Assembly: GCA_000092065.1 (NCBI GenBank)
Contig: CP000581.1
Strand: one strand, 5' to 3'
Length of the DNA: 64,000 nucleotides
DNA from: Ostreococcus lucimarinus
Taxonomy: Eukaryota
Shown: positions 19,566-28,566 of the stretch, one piece after another
How the letters are laid out: every line of letters starts with the position of its first letter
Position numbering within the stretch: the stretch's first letter is position 1
Translations under genes and position numbers: made by a program
Notes under the pieces: generated by a model
Told to the model about the DNA's origin: nothing
The model's input: only the letters and a program-made list of their open reading frames with translations
Databases searched by the model: none

Positions 19566-21103
19566 TTACAACGACGGCTCGGGTTCACGATCCATTCGTG
19601 GTACAGGCACGGGACGATTCGTCGCGGACATCGTTTTCACCGATTGCACCGCGAGCTTGAGCATGGGCTCGACGGCGCGCTTGATCGCGGGCGTGGCGAG
19701 TATGGCGCGAGCGACGTCGCGCGTGGACGACGCGCCGACGGCGGGCGACTCCGCGCCGGGAGTTCCGAGTCCTTGACGGATCGATTCCTTGGCGCGTGCG
19801 TAAGATTTGCACGCCATCGGCGCCTCATCGACGATCTCGGCGTCGTCGTCGATGATTTTCGTCAACAGATCTTGCGCCAAGGCGTCCAGCTTCGTCTGAG
19901 CCTCGTCGATGGATTGTTTGGGAACTTCCTTCGGGAACAACGCGGCGGCGTATTTCCCGACCGCGTCCGTCACGGCCGCGCGCAAGGTAGCGTGGTAAAG
20001 AGCTATTTCCTTTGTCGCCTCTGCGCTCGGCGTCGGGCTCGGTTCTGGTTTCGCCGTGGCGACGGCTGCCGGAGGCAATTTCGGTTTTGGTCGTACCTCC
20101 ACCGTCTCCATCGCCGAGCTCAAATCGCGCGTCGCCGCTTCGCGTCGCGACGCTTTCGACTGCGTCTTGATCGGTTTCCCCACGAACGCGTCCGCAGGCG
20201 GGGTCGTGTCCACGAATACGGACAGTAACATTTTGAGTAATCTGTAACCGTCGATGCGAATCACCGCCTTGGTCGCGTCCGCGCCGTCGACGTCGCTCCG
20301 CGTCGCCCAACTCGCCGTCGCATCTGCGCTGAACGCATCTTCAATCATCGCACACACAGTAGCGTATAAAAACGACGCGTCTCGCCTCTCCCCTTCGCTC
20401 GTGACGCCATAGAAAATCGAACGCACCACCGTCGTCGCTTGTTTGGCGTCCAACGACACGTCGCACGCGTGCACGCCCGCGTCGATGTGATTCGCGCGCC
20501 CTTTCTCCGCTCTCGCGCGTCCTAAATCGTCCGTTCGCATCACCCGCTCCCCTCGTCTCGCCATCAACGCGCACTCGTACTTCAACCACCTTCGACAATA
20601 CAAAAAAAAGAGCAGCGCCTCGTCGTCGTACGCCCGCCGCACGAACGCGCAAAACAACTCCGCGCACTCACTCGTCTTGCTCTTCCTCGCCGCCTCCGCG
20701 TTGCACATCACTTCCCACGCGTGTTTTTCCACGAGCGATTTCACCCCTAACGTCCGCGCCCAGCGTCCGTACGCGAAATCCCCAAACGTCGTCGTCGTCT
20801 CGTCCTCCTCGTTCGCGTTCGCGTTCGCGTCCCTCCTTCCCGCCGCCCCCCCGTCCTCGCGCGTCGTCCCTCGCCGCGCCCGCGCGTCGTTCTCGTATTT
20901 CGCGTCGTACACGCGCTCGCACTCGCGCTCGAGCCACTCGATCGGGCGCTCGCGCGCGTCCCGCGCGTGTCCGTCGTCGAGGCGCTCGACGAACGTCGTC
21001 GCGTACCGCGCGCGCATCGCCGCGCGCAGCGCCAGCGGCGGCGGCGGCGGCGTCACCGCCGCGCGCGGCGACCATTTTTCCGCGCGCGCGCTTCCCGCCA
21101 GCG

Positions 21104-21135
<32 letters not shown>

Positions 21136-21140
21136 CGCAT
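19566..21140 (-). CDS. Hypothetical protein, no family recognised
   Basis: Non-repetitive central region ('[37 protein letters not shown]...[20 protein letters not shown]'). Start placed at ATG 21140 ('[13 protein letters not shown]'); the longer track start at 21323 would overlap the divergent neighbour. Confidence 0.45.
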
Positions 21141-21205
21141 CGTTCGTCGTCGCGCGTTTGAATGTCGCCGCGCGGCACTGCGCGGCGCGCGGAACGCGTC
21201 GAGGG

Positions 21206-21271
21206 ATGCGCGCGACGCGCGCGATGGCGCGCGCGACGAGCGCGCGAGCGGCACCGCGCGGCGCGGGACGG

Positions 21272-21309
<38 letters not shown>

Positions 21310-22138
21310 GACGATAACGACATCGGCGCGGTGGACGGGACGCGCGCGGGCCGTCGCGCGCGCGGTCCCGCGAGACGCGCTCGCGGGACGATCGTTCGAG
21401 AGCGAACTCGCGCCGCTGCGCGCGGCGGGGATCGAGGTCCATCGGCTGGGCGCGCGCGCGCTGTCGCAGGGAGACTGCGCGCCCGAGGTGTGCGCGCTGC
21501 AGGCGATGCTGGCGAGCGAGCGACTGCTGGCGCTGCCGAACGGAGGATTGCCCACGGGATTCTTCGGCCCGAGCACGACGGAGGCGGTGAAGAAGTGGCA
21601 AAAAGTGCGAGGGATCGAACCGACGGGGGTGTTCGGGGACGCCTCGCGCGAGGCGTACCTGGCGCAGAAGAAGACGGCGCTCTTCGCGAGCGTCTTCGGG
21701 CCGCAACCGCCCTCGCGAGCGTGGCTCACCGCGGAAAAGTTTGGGAAACCGATCGCGCGCGCTGCGCGCACTGGAACGTGGACGAAGGAGGCGTATTTAT
21801 CCGCCAACGACGTCTTCGCGGCGTCGTTCCTGTCGGGAGTGCTGTTTACGGTGGCGATTTTGTTTCAACACAAGGCGCGGAATCGATGGAAGGAGCTCGA
21901 GGCGGAGAATCGACGGGCCGGCGTCGCGCGCACGCGCGGCGAGCTCGTCTCGGCGATCGTGCGCGAGTGTTTGGACGACGCGTCTTCGTACTTTCGTGGG
22001 ATTTTCGATCGCGCGCGCGGGAAACTCGCCACCGGCGCGGCGCTCCGAGCGCGCTCGCCGACGCCGGCGCGACGTCGATTCTTCCTCGGTGGGTTCGCGC
22101 TGCGTCTCGGGAATTGGCGCGTCGGTTCTTGGGATTAG
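21206..22138 (+). CDS. Peptidoglycan-binding-domain (PG_binding_1-like) protein with transit-peptide-like N-terminus and one TM helix
   Basis: 'ALSQGDCAPEVCALQAMLASERLLALPNGGLPTGFFGPSTTEAVKKWQKVRGIEPTGVFGDASREAYL' matches the PG-binding-1 fold found in plant thylakoid proteins. TM helix 'VFAASFLSGVLFTVAILF'. The track start 21158 is TTG; the first ATG is 21206. Confidence 0.6.
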
Positions 22139-22342
22139 ACTTTCGCGAGCACGACGTGTAATGTAATTATTTATCGCGACACCGGCGACGCGGTGCGCCG
22201 AACGTTCGACGTTCGACGCCGACTGACTCACTGACTCGGCGCCTCCGCGCCGCGGCGGGACATCACCGCCTCACTCGGCGTCGCGAACGCGCGGCGAACG
22301 CGCGGGCGTCGCGCGATCGCCGCGTCGTTCGCACAACGTCCG

Positions 22343-23995
22343 ATGTCGCTCTCGGCGTCGTGCGCGCGCGCCATGCGCGAGAAAACCGCTGAAGATGCGC
22401 TGGATACCGTTATAAGCTGCGTCGCGTGCGAGTGCGCGTACGACGGGGACGAACGTGCCGTGGCGCGCAGACTCGGAACGTTGGAGCGAGCCATCGTGTT
22501 GCGCGCGCTCGACGCTTCGCGAGCGCCTCTGGCGGTTCTGCGCGATCGAATCTTGAGACGAAGCGCGAGGAGATGGTTCGTCGGCGTCGAGGCGAGCGCA
22601 AAGGGCGCGGCGAATCGAGCGGTGGTTTTGGAAACCTGCGACGCGTATTACTACGCGTTCGGGGGAACGCAGACGACGAGAGATTTGATATCCGATGCGA
22701 ATTATTGGATGAGCTCGGTGGAGGACGAGGCGAAGGCGCATCGAGGATTTCTCGCGCGCGCCGAAACCGTCGCCGCAGACGTGATGTTCGCTCGCGCGCG
22801 AGCGAGAGGAAAACGATTGGTGATGTGCGGACACTCCTTAGGTGGGGCCACCGCGGCGTTGGCGACGGTCATACTGTTGTTGAGGAGACCCGAGGCGGCG
22901 GGGCGCGTGCGATGTGTCACCTTCGCCATGCCGCCCGTGGGCGACGAGAGCTTGAGTCGACTCGTCGTAGATCGGCGATGGACGTCGACGTTTACGCACA
23001 TTTGCGCGCCCGAAGACCGAATATCGAGACTGCTTCTGTCGCGACCGGGATACGTACACTTTGTGCGTCCAAAATATTTGCTCGAAGATGGCCGAATCGT
23101 GATGAAGGAGTTGGACGTGGACGACGACGACGCGCTACAGCGCGTGCATCGAGACTCGGCTGGCTTTATGCGAGCACCGCGCAGCGTGGTGTACGTGCAC
23201 GCAATGAAGACTTATCGCGACCGGTTAATGCTGACGTTGCGTAGTGCGCTGTCATCTTTCGATGCCGATGCCTTCGTCGCCGAAACTCCGCGCGCGGTGC
23301 CGATGCGCTCGCACCTAGGCCCGGAGCCGACTCTCAAGAGCGCCGTTGGCGTCCTCGCGCGAGACGGTGGTGGTATTGTCGTGCTAGTACGCGGGACAAG
23401 CATCGACACGCGGACGTGTTCGCGCACGCGAGCGGAAGCAAAAGGTTGGTTGTGCTCGACGACGGCCACAGTGCTCGGGAGCGATTCTCTAATCGTGGCC
23501 GTGTCGCCGCCCGCGTTGCACGGCGCGCCGTTGCCGAGCGACGCGGTCTGCTCGCCCGGGAATCATGCTTCCTGGATGCCGCTCGTTGTAGGAGTTGGTG
23601 GCGATTTTTCGCTCGCTTTCGTGAATGTTCGCATCATTCCTCGTGTCGTGATTTTCGTTCGAAGCGACGCGAGCGACGCGTCGTGGATTGCGCTTCAAAA
23701 GTCGTCTCTGCAGACGAAGCAAACGGGATGGATCGTAAAAGAAGTGGGACCGTTGAAACGCAAAGCCATCGACGGTTTTGTGGAATCTTCGCCCGGTTGC
23801 GTGTGCGTCATGCGCGCTGTGTCGGATGGACTCGTAGTACGAGAAGGTGGCCGCGACAAGGACGCGATAGGAATGAGCGTTCCCGCAGACGACGTCCGAG
23901 CTGTAGAAAAGTCCATTCGCGCGGCGCTGCAATCGACGGAGATGGATGCGTTAGAACACGCGCCGCACACAGCGCTCGCGAGAGCGAAACTTTAG
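22343..23995 (+). CDS. Alpha/beta-hydrolase, lipase class 3 family (GHSLGG nucleophile elbow)
   Basis: 'RLVMCGHSLGGATAALATVILL' is the lipase_3 Ser motif; it is preceded by 'YYYAFGGTQT...' and followed by a long C-terminal extension of unknown function. ATG at 22343. Confidence 0.75.
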   Translation: MSLSASCARAMREKTAEDALDTVISCVACECAYDGDERAVARRLGTLERAIVLRALDASRAPLAVLRDRILRRSARRWFVGVEASAKGAANRAVVLETCDAYYYAFGGTQTTRDLISDANYWMSSVEDEAKAHRGFLARAETVAADVMFARARARGKRLVMCGHSLGGATAALATVILLLRRPEAAGRVRCVTFAMPPVGDESLSRLVVDRRWTSTFTHICAPEDRISRLLLSRPGYVHFVRPKYLLEDGRIVMKELDVDDDDALQRVHRDSAGFMRAPRSVVYVHAMKTYRDRLMLTLRSALSSFDADAFVAETPRAVPMRSHLGPEPTLKSAVGVLARDGGGIVVLVRGTSIDTRTCSRTRAEAKGWLCSTTATVLGSDSLIVAVSPPALHGAPLPSDAVCSPGNHASWMPLVVGVGGDFSLAFVNVRIIPRVVIFVRSDASDASWIALQKSSLQTKQTGWIVKEVGPLKRKAIDGFVESSPGCVCVMRAVSDGLVVREGGRDKDAIGMSVPADDVRAVEKSIRAALQSTEMDALEHAPHTALARAKL

Positions 23996-24064
23996 CGCTA
24001 TAGTGACTTAGATGAATATTTGATAGAAGAATCATAGATATGCCTCGCTCGCTCGCTTGATCGA

Positions 24065-24853
24065 TCACATCCCAAGCGCCTCCAACAACACCGGCGAGGC
24101 GAAATCGTCGACGCACATGCAGCATCCGACGCGCGCCAACGTCTCCTCGCTTTGGGACGATAGGATCCCGACCGTCGGAATATTCGCCGCTACCGCCGCC
24201 CGCGCGCCCGCCGGAGAGTCTTCAAACGCCACGCACGCCTCGGGCGCGTCGCTCACGCCACACCGCCGTAACCCTTCGAGATACGGATCTGGATTTGGTT
24301 TCGACCGCGCGCACTCCGTCCCGATGACGAGTCGTTCGTCCCCAAAGTACTCCCTCAGCCCCAACTGCGTGAGCATCGCCTCCGCGTTCGCCCTCGGCGC
24401 ATTCGTCACGACTACAGTCTTCACGCCGCGCGCATCGCACGCGTCCAACAGCGCTCGCAACCCTTTCGCCGGCTGCAACGCTTCTCGCGCCAACGCTTCG
24501 CGAAAGCTCGCCTCTTTCGCCTCCGCCATCGCTTCGTGCTCCTCGGCGCTTTTATCCGGATACAGCCTCGCGAATATATCCGCGTTCGACCCTCCCGCGA
24601 TGTTTTCTTTGAAGTATTCGTGCGTCAGCGGCGCCCGCAGCACGCCCGTGCGTCGCAAGAGTTCATCAAACACGACAAAGTGCATCGGGTCGCTGTCCGC
24701 CATCGTACCGTCTAAATCGAACAGCGCCGCGCGCAATCGCGGCGCGGGGCGTATCACCGGCGCGCTCCGCGTCGTCGGCGCCGCGCGCGCGTCGTCCGCC
24801 TCGCGCATCGCCGTCGTCCGAATCGAAACGCGCGCCGTCAGAAGGCGTCGCAT
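24065..24853 (-). CDS. HAD-superfamily hydrolase (beta-phosphoglucomutase-like subfamily IA), organelle-targeted
   Basis: 'RAALFDLDGTMADSD' (motif I), 'VVVTNAPRANAEAML', 'CVAFEDSPAGARAAVAANIPTVGI' (motif III). Start at ATG 24853 ('MRRLLTARVSIRTTA', transit-peptide-like); the longer Ser/Pro/Arg-rich track ORF is implausible. Confidence 0.7.
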   Translation of the reverse strand: MRRLLTARVSIRTTAMREADDARAAPTTRSAPVIRPAPRLRAALFDLDGTMADSDPMHFVVFDELLRRTGVLRAPLTHEYFKENIAGGSNADIFARLYPDKSAEEHEAMAEAKEASFREALAREALQPAKGLRALLDACDARGVKTVVVTNAPRANAEAMLTQLGLREYFGDERLVIGTECARSKPNPDPYLEGLRRCGVSDAPEACVAFEDSPAGARAAVAANIPTVGILSSQSEETLARVGCCMCVDDFASPVLLEALGM

Positions 24854-24854
24854 A

Positions 24855-25718
24855 ATGCCGCCGCCGCGAAACGTTCGCCGGAAGAGAGCGTGCGATTCGG
24901 ACGGCGACGACGCGCGCGACGACGACGCGCGCGACGACGACGACGACGACGCGCGCGACGACGACGGCGGCGCCCTGCGCGCGCTGCGCGAGGCGCGCGA
25001 GCGACAGCAGCGCCGGAATCGAGCGAAAGGTTTGGACGTCGGGACGCTCATCACGGGACGACGCGAGCGCGCGGTGGGAAAACGCGCGGACGACGGCGGT
25101 GACGGTGCCGCAGACGCGCGCGCGCGCGATGGAGGTCTCGGCGTCGCGCACGGAGAGACGCGGATGCTGGGGACGAATTCGGCGTTCGCGAGCGCGGGGG
25201 TGGTGCTCGCGGGACGGGAATTGGTTCGGGACGGGGACGACGGCGATCGAGGATACGGCTTGCGAACGGCGGAAGAGGCGCGAGCGAGGGCGTACGTAGA
25301 GGAAGAGCTGAAACGACGGCGCGGGGAGGTGGTCGAGGACGACGCCGAGGCGAGCGGGGCGGCGGCCGCGGGGGGCGACGATAATCGAGGCGCAGAGTCT
25401 TGGCTCACGGCGATCGAAGAGGTCGACGTCTCGGTCGAACGAAGGATGCAAAACATAGAGGAGACGGAGCGGGCGAAGCGGGCGATGTTAGACGGCGCGC
25501 GTCCGGGCGAACTCGGTGCGTTCGATGCGCTAAAACCGAGTCACATGGAATTGAAGGAGGCGAAGAAGCGACCGCCGCCGAGCGAAACCGCCCTCGCGCG
25601 GCGTCAATTCGTCACTGGATTCGGCGCTAAGCGTGAGCGTCAAGAGGCGAGCGAGGAGTCGAGGCGCGAGAAGGAGCGCAGGAAGAATTTCTTCAAGAAG
25701 AAGCGAAATAAGAGATGA
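24855..25718 (+). CDS. Hypothetical charged coiled-coil protein (Asp/Arg-rich N-terminus; basic C-terminal 'KERRKNFFKKKRNKR')
   Basis: Reads 'MPPPRNVRRKRACDSDGDD...' through 'AIEEVDVSVERRMQNIEETERAKRAMLDGARPGELGAFDALKPSHMELKEAKKRPPPSETALARRQFVTGFGAKRERQEASEESRREKERRKNFFKKKRNKR'. It resembles small conserved nuclear/spliceosome-associated coiled-coil proteins but no family is assigned. Its ATG is 2 bp from the divergent HAD gene's ATG. Confidence 0.45.
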   Translation: MPPPRNVRRKRACDSDGDDARDDDARDDDDDDARDDDGGALRALREARERQQRRNRAKGLDVGTLITGRRERAVGKRADDGGDGAADARARDGGLGVAHGETRMLGTNSAFASAGVVLAGRELVRDGDDGDRGYGLRTAEEARARAYVEEELKRRRGEVVEDDAEASGAAAAGGDDNRGAESWLTAIEEVDVSVERRMQNIEETERAKRAMLDGARPGELGAFDALKPSHMELKEAKKRPPPSETALARRQFVTGFGAKRERQEASEESRREKERRKNFFKKKRNKR

Positions 25719-26024
25719 GTTGTAGTAAATAGAAGAGCGCCGTCTTCGCCTCTCCTGCCTCACACAGCGACGTTCGAGCCGCGCCACGCCCGCTCCTCGA
25801 CGAACGCGAACGTCCGCGCGCCCGCAACCATTCGTCACGCATTCGCCCTTCGCGGCGTCGCACGCGCCGCGTTCGCCAAGCCGCCGTCGACGGATTACTT
25901 TCGACAGTCGACGTCGACACTTTTCGCGACTTCGTCGTCGATTTGCCACGGCGCACGCGCGTTCGGAGACTTGACGAGCGCGCGAGTCGTGCGAACGCTT
26001 TCGACGACGAGCGAAAGCGACGCG

Positions 26025-27680
26025 ATGGCGACTTCATCGCCTCGTACGCGGGTGATTGTTTGGTTTCGGAACGACTTGAGGTTGTTGGACAACGCCGTCG
26101 TCGCTCGAGCGGCGGCTCTGCGCGGACAATCGGACGCCGCTGAGGTCGTCCCGGTGTACGTGTTCGATGAGACGTTTTTTAAGACATCCAAGCGCGGTCT
26201 CGCGCGCTTCGGTGCAGGGCGTGGGAAGTTTACGATTGAGTGCGTGGACGACTTGAAGCGCGCGCTTCGCGGCGTCGGCAGCGACTTGTTGGTGCGTTGC
26301 GGCAAGACGGAGGATGTCATCACCGAGCTCACGCTCACGGGTGCGAACGACAAAACGATCGTGCTCACGCAAACAGAGGTGACGAGCGAGGAGACTGATA
26401 TGGATAGGGCGGTAGAGAGGGCGTCGAAGGAGCGAGCTCGAAGCGGCGGCGCGTCGGCGTCGATGGAGCGTCTGTGGGGGTCGACACTTTACCACGCCGA
26501 CGACCTCCCGTACGACTTCGCCGGAGGTCTACACGATTTACCAGATGTGTTCACGCCATTTCGGAACAAGGTAGAGTCAAAGTGCTCAGTGCGAGCGGTA
26601 GTGCCCGCGCCGACGGCGAACGCTCTGGGAAGCGTACCGGCGTCCGTGGCGGGGTTGGATTGGATGCCTGAACCGAAGGATTTGCCTTTCGCGTCGGCCG
26701 AAATCGCCCCGGCGTGCGAAAAATGGCTCAAAGATGGCGCAGACGAGCGCTCTGTGCTCGAATTCAAGGGTGGCGAATCCCAAGCCTTGGCTCGCGTCAA
26801 GTATTATTTGTGGGATAGCGATTTGCTCGCGACGTACTTTGAAACTCGCAACGGGATGCTGGGCGGCGACTACAGCACCAAGCTCGCACCGTGGCTCGCC
26901 TTAGGATGTGTGTCGCCGCGCTACGTCGTGAGCGAGATTCGACGCTACGAGAGCGCGCGCGTTGAGAACAAGAGCACGTATTGGGTAATATTTGAGTTGA
27001 TATGGAGAGACTTCTTCAAGTTCTTCGCGCTGAAACACGGGAACAAAATCTTCCATCTCGACGGTACGGCTAACAGGACGGCATCTTGGAAGAGTGATGA
27101 GAAGATCTTGAAGGCATGGAAGACAGGCACGACCGGATACCCACTCATCGACGCCAACATGCGCGAACTCGCGGCGACTGGTTTCATGTCGAATCGAGGG
27201 CGACAAAACGTCGCCTCGTGGCTCGCCCTCGACGCCGGCGTCGACTGGAGACACGGTGCCGATTGGTTCGAGCACCACTTATTGGATTACGACACCGCTT
27301 CTAACTGGGGGAACTGGTGCGCCGCCGCCGGTATGACGGGCGGTCGCATCAACCGCTTCAACATCGCCAAGCAAACCAAGGACTACGATCCCTCTGGCGA
27401 CTACGTCAAGCGTTGGATCCCGGAACTCCGCGAGATCCCCGCGGCGTACATCACCGAGCCCAACCAAGCCCCTCGCGAGCTTCGCGATCGAATCAGTCTC
27501 GATTACCCGAACAAGCTCAATCTCCCGAGGCGTGACTTCACGGAAATGGGGTCTCCGCCCGGGCCGAAGCGCGGCGGCGGTCGCGCCGCCGGCGGCGGTC
27601 GAGGCGGTCGAGGCGGGCGTTCGAAATCTCGCGGCCCCAAGGCCCACGCCGTGAGCGTGTACGACCACGTGTACGGTTAA
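26025..27680 (+). CDS. CRYD: Cryptochrome DASH (photolyase/cryptochrome family) with a C-terminal RGG/Gly-Arg-rich tail
   Basis: Photolyase N-domain 'VIVWFRNDLRLLDNAVV'; FAD-binding region 'MRELAATGFMSNRGRQNVASWLALDAGVDWRHGADWFEHHLLDYDTASNWGNWCAAAGM' is typical of CRY-DASH; tail 'GPKRGGGRAAGGGRGGRGGRSKSRG'. The first ATG is 26025 (the track start 25971 is TTG). Confidence 0.9.
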   Translation: MATSSPRTRVIVWFRNDLRLLDNAVVARAAALRGQSDAAEVVPVYVFDETFFKTSKRGLARFGAGRGKFTIECVDDLKRALRGVGSDLLVRCGKTEDVITELTLTGANDKTIVLTQTEVTSEETDMDRAVERASKERARSGGASASMERLWGSTLYHADDLPYDFAGGLHDLPDVFTPFRNKVESKCSVRAVVPAPTANALGSVPASVAGLDWMPEPKDLPFASAEIAPACEKWLKDGADERSVLEFKGGESQALARVKYYLWDSDLLATYFETRNGMLGGDYSTKLAPWLALGCVSPRYVVSEIRRYESARVENKSTYWVIFELIWRDFFKFFALKHGNKIFHLDGTANRTASWKSDEKILKAWKTGTTGYPLIDANMRELAATGFMSNRGRQNVASWLALDAGVDWRHGADWFEHHLLDYDTASNWGNWCAAAGMTGGRINRFNIAKQTKDYDPSGDYVKRWIPELREIPAAYITEPNQAPRELRDRISLDYPNKLNLPRRDFTEMGSPPGPKRGGGRAAGGGRGGRGGRSKSRGPKAHAVSVYDHVYG

Positions 27681-28566
27681 TGTCGCGTTCGAGTCGAGTC
27701 TCGCGATCGCGTTAGTCTGTTATTCGTTCCACTCCATTCAACCTCCACCCCGAGCTCCAGCCTGTTGCCTCGTTCGACCGGGATAGACCCAGCGCCCAGA
27801 GGTTTGCGACGATCGATCTGTGATCGATCGCGACCGTTCGTGACCCGTCTGCGACCCCCCCCGTCGTTTGGACGTCTCGGGTGTGCGCGCGCCGTCCCGC
27901 ACACGCCGCCGCGATCGCATCGCGCGCGAGCTCGAGATCCGTTTGCTTGATACACTCGCGGTGCGTCCTCGTCGCGGTCTCCTCGTCGTCCGCGCGCGCG
28001 CGCCGCGCGGCGTCGCGCCAGGGCCGTCGGTCGGCGGTCGGCGGAATCGTGCGCGGAATCTTTCTCTCGCGCGCGTGACGGGCGTCGAAGACGGTCTTAG
28101 ACGCGTTAAAGTCGCGCGTGTTGACGGTTACTTCCCTCGCGCGGGCTTCGACGCGCACGAACGAGCGTCGAGCGCGCGCGAGGGAAGGAATTCTCTCGAG
28201 CGGGGACGCCTCGCGCGGGAACGAGGGTCGACGCGCCCGAGCGAGCGTTCGTTCGTCGTGGTGGCGGTTTGAGACGCGCGTAAACGCGCACTGACGACGG
28301 ACGTTTTGATACTTTCGCTTTCACAGGTTTCGATAGTCGTCGACGGAGTTTTCGTCGCTCGATAACGAACCGTTCGTTTAACACGAACGTTGCTCGCGCC
28401 TGTGCGAGCGCGTTCACTCCGACTTTGAACGGCGTTTACCGTTCTTATTCCGGGACAGAGGCGGCCGCCTGTCCCGATTTCGAGGTGTTGTGCGCGTGAC
28501 CAATCAGTGGTGCGCGACAAGTTTTATAAATAACGGTGTTGAAGTGATCTCACGCCGCCAAAGAAT

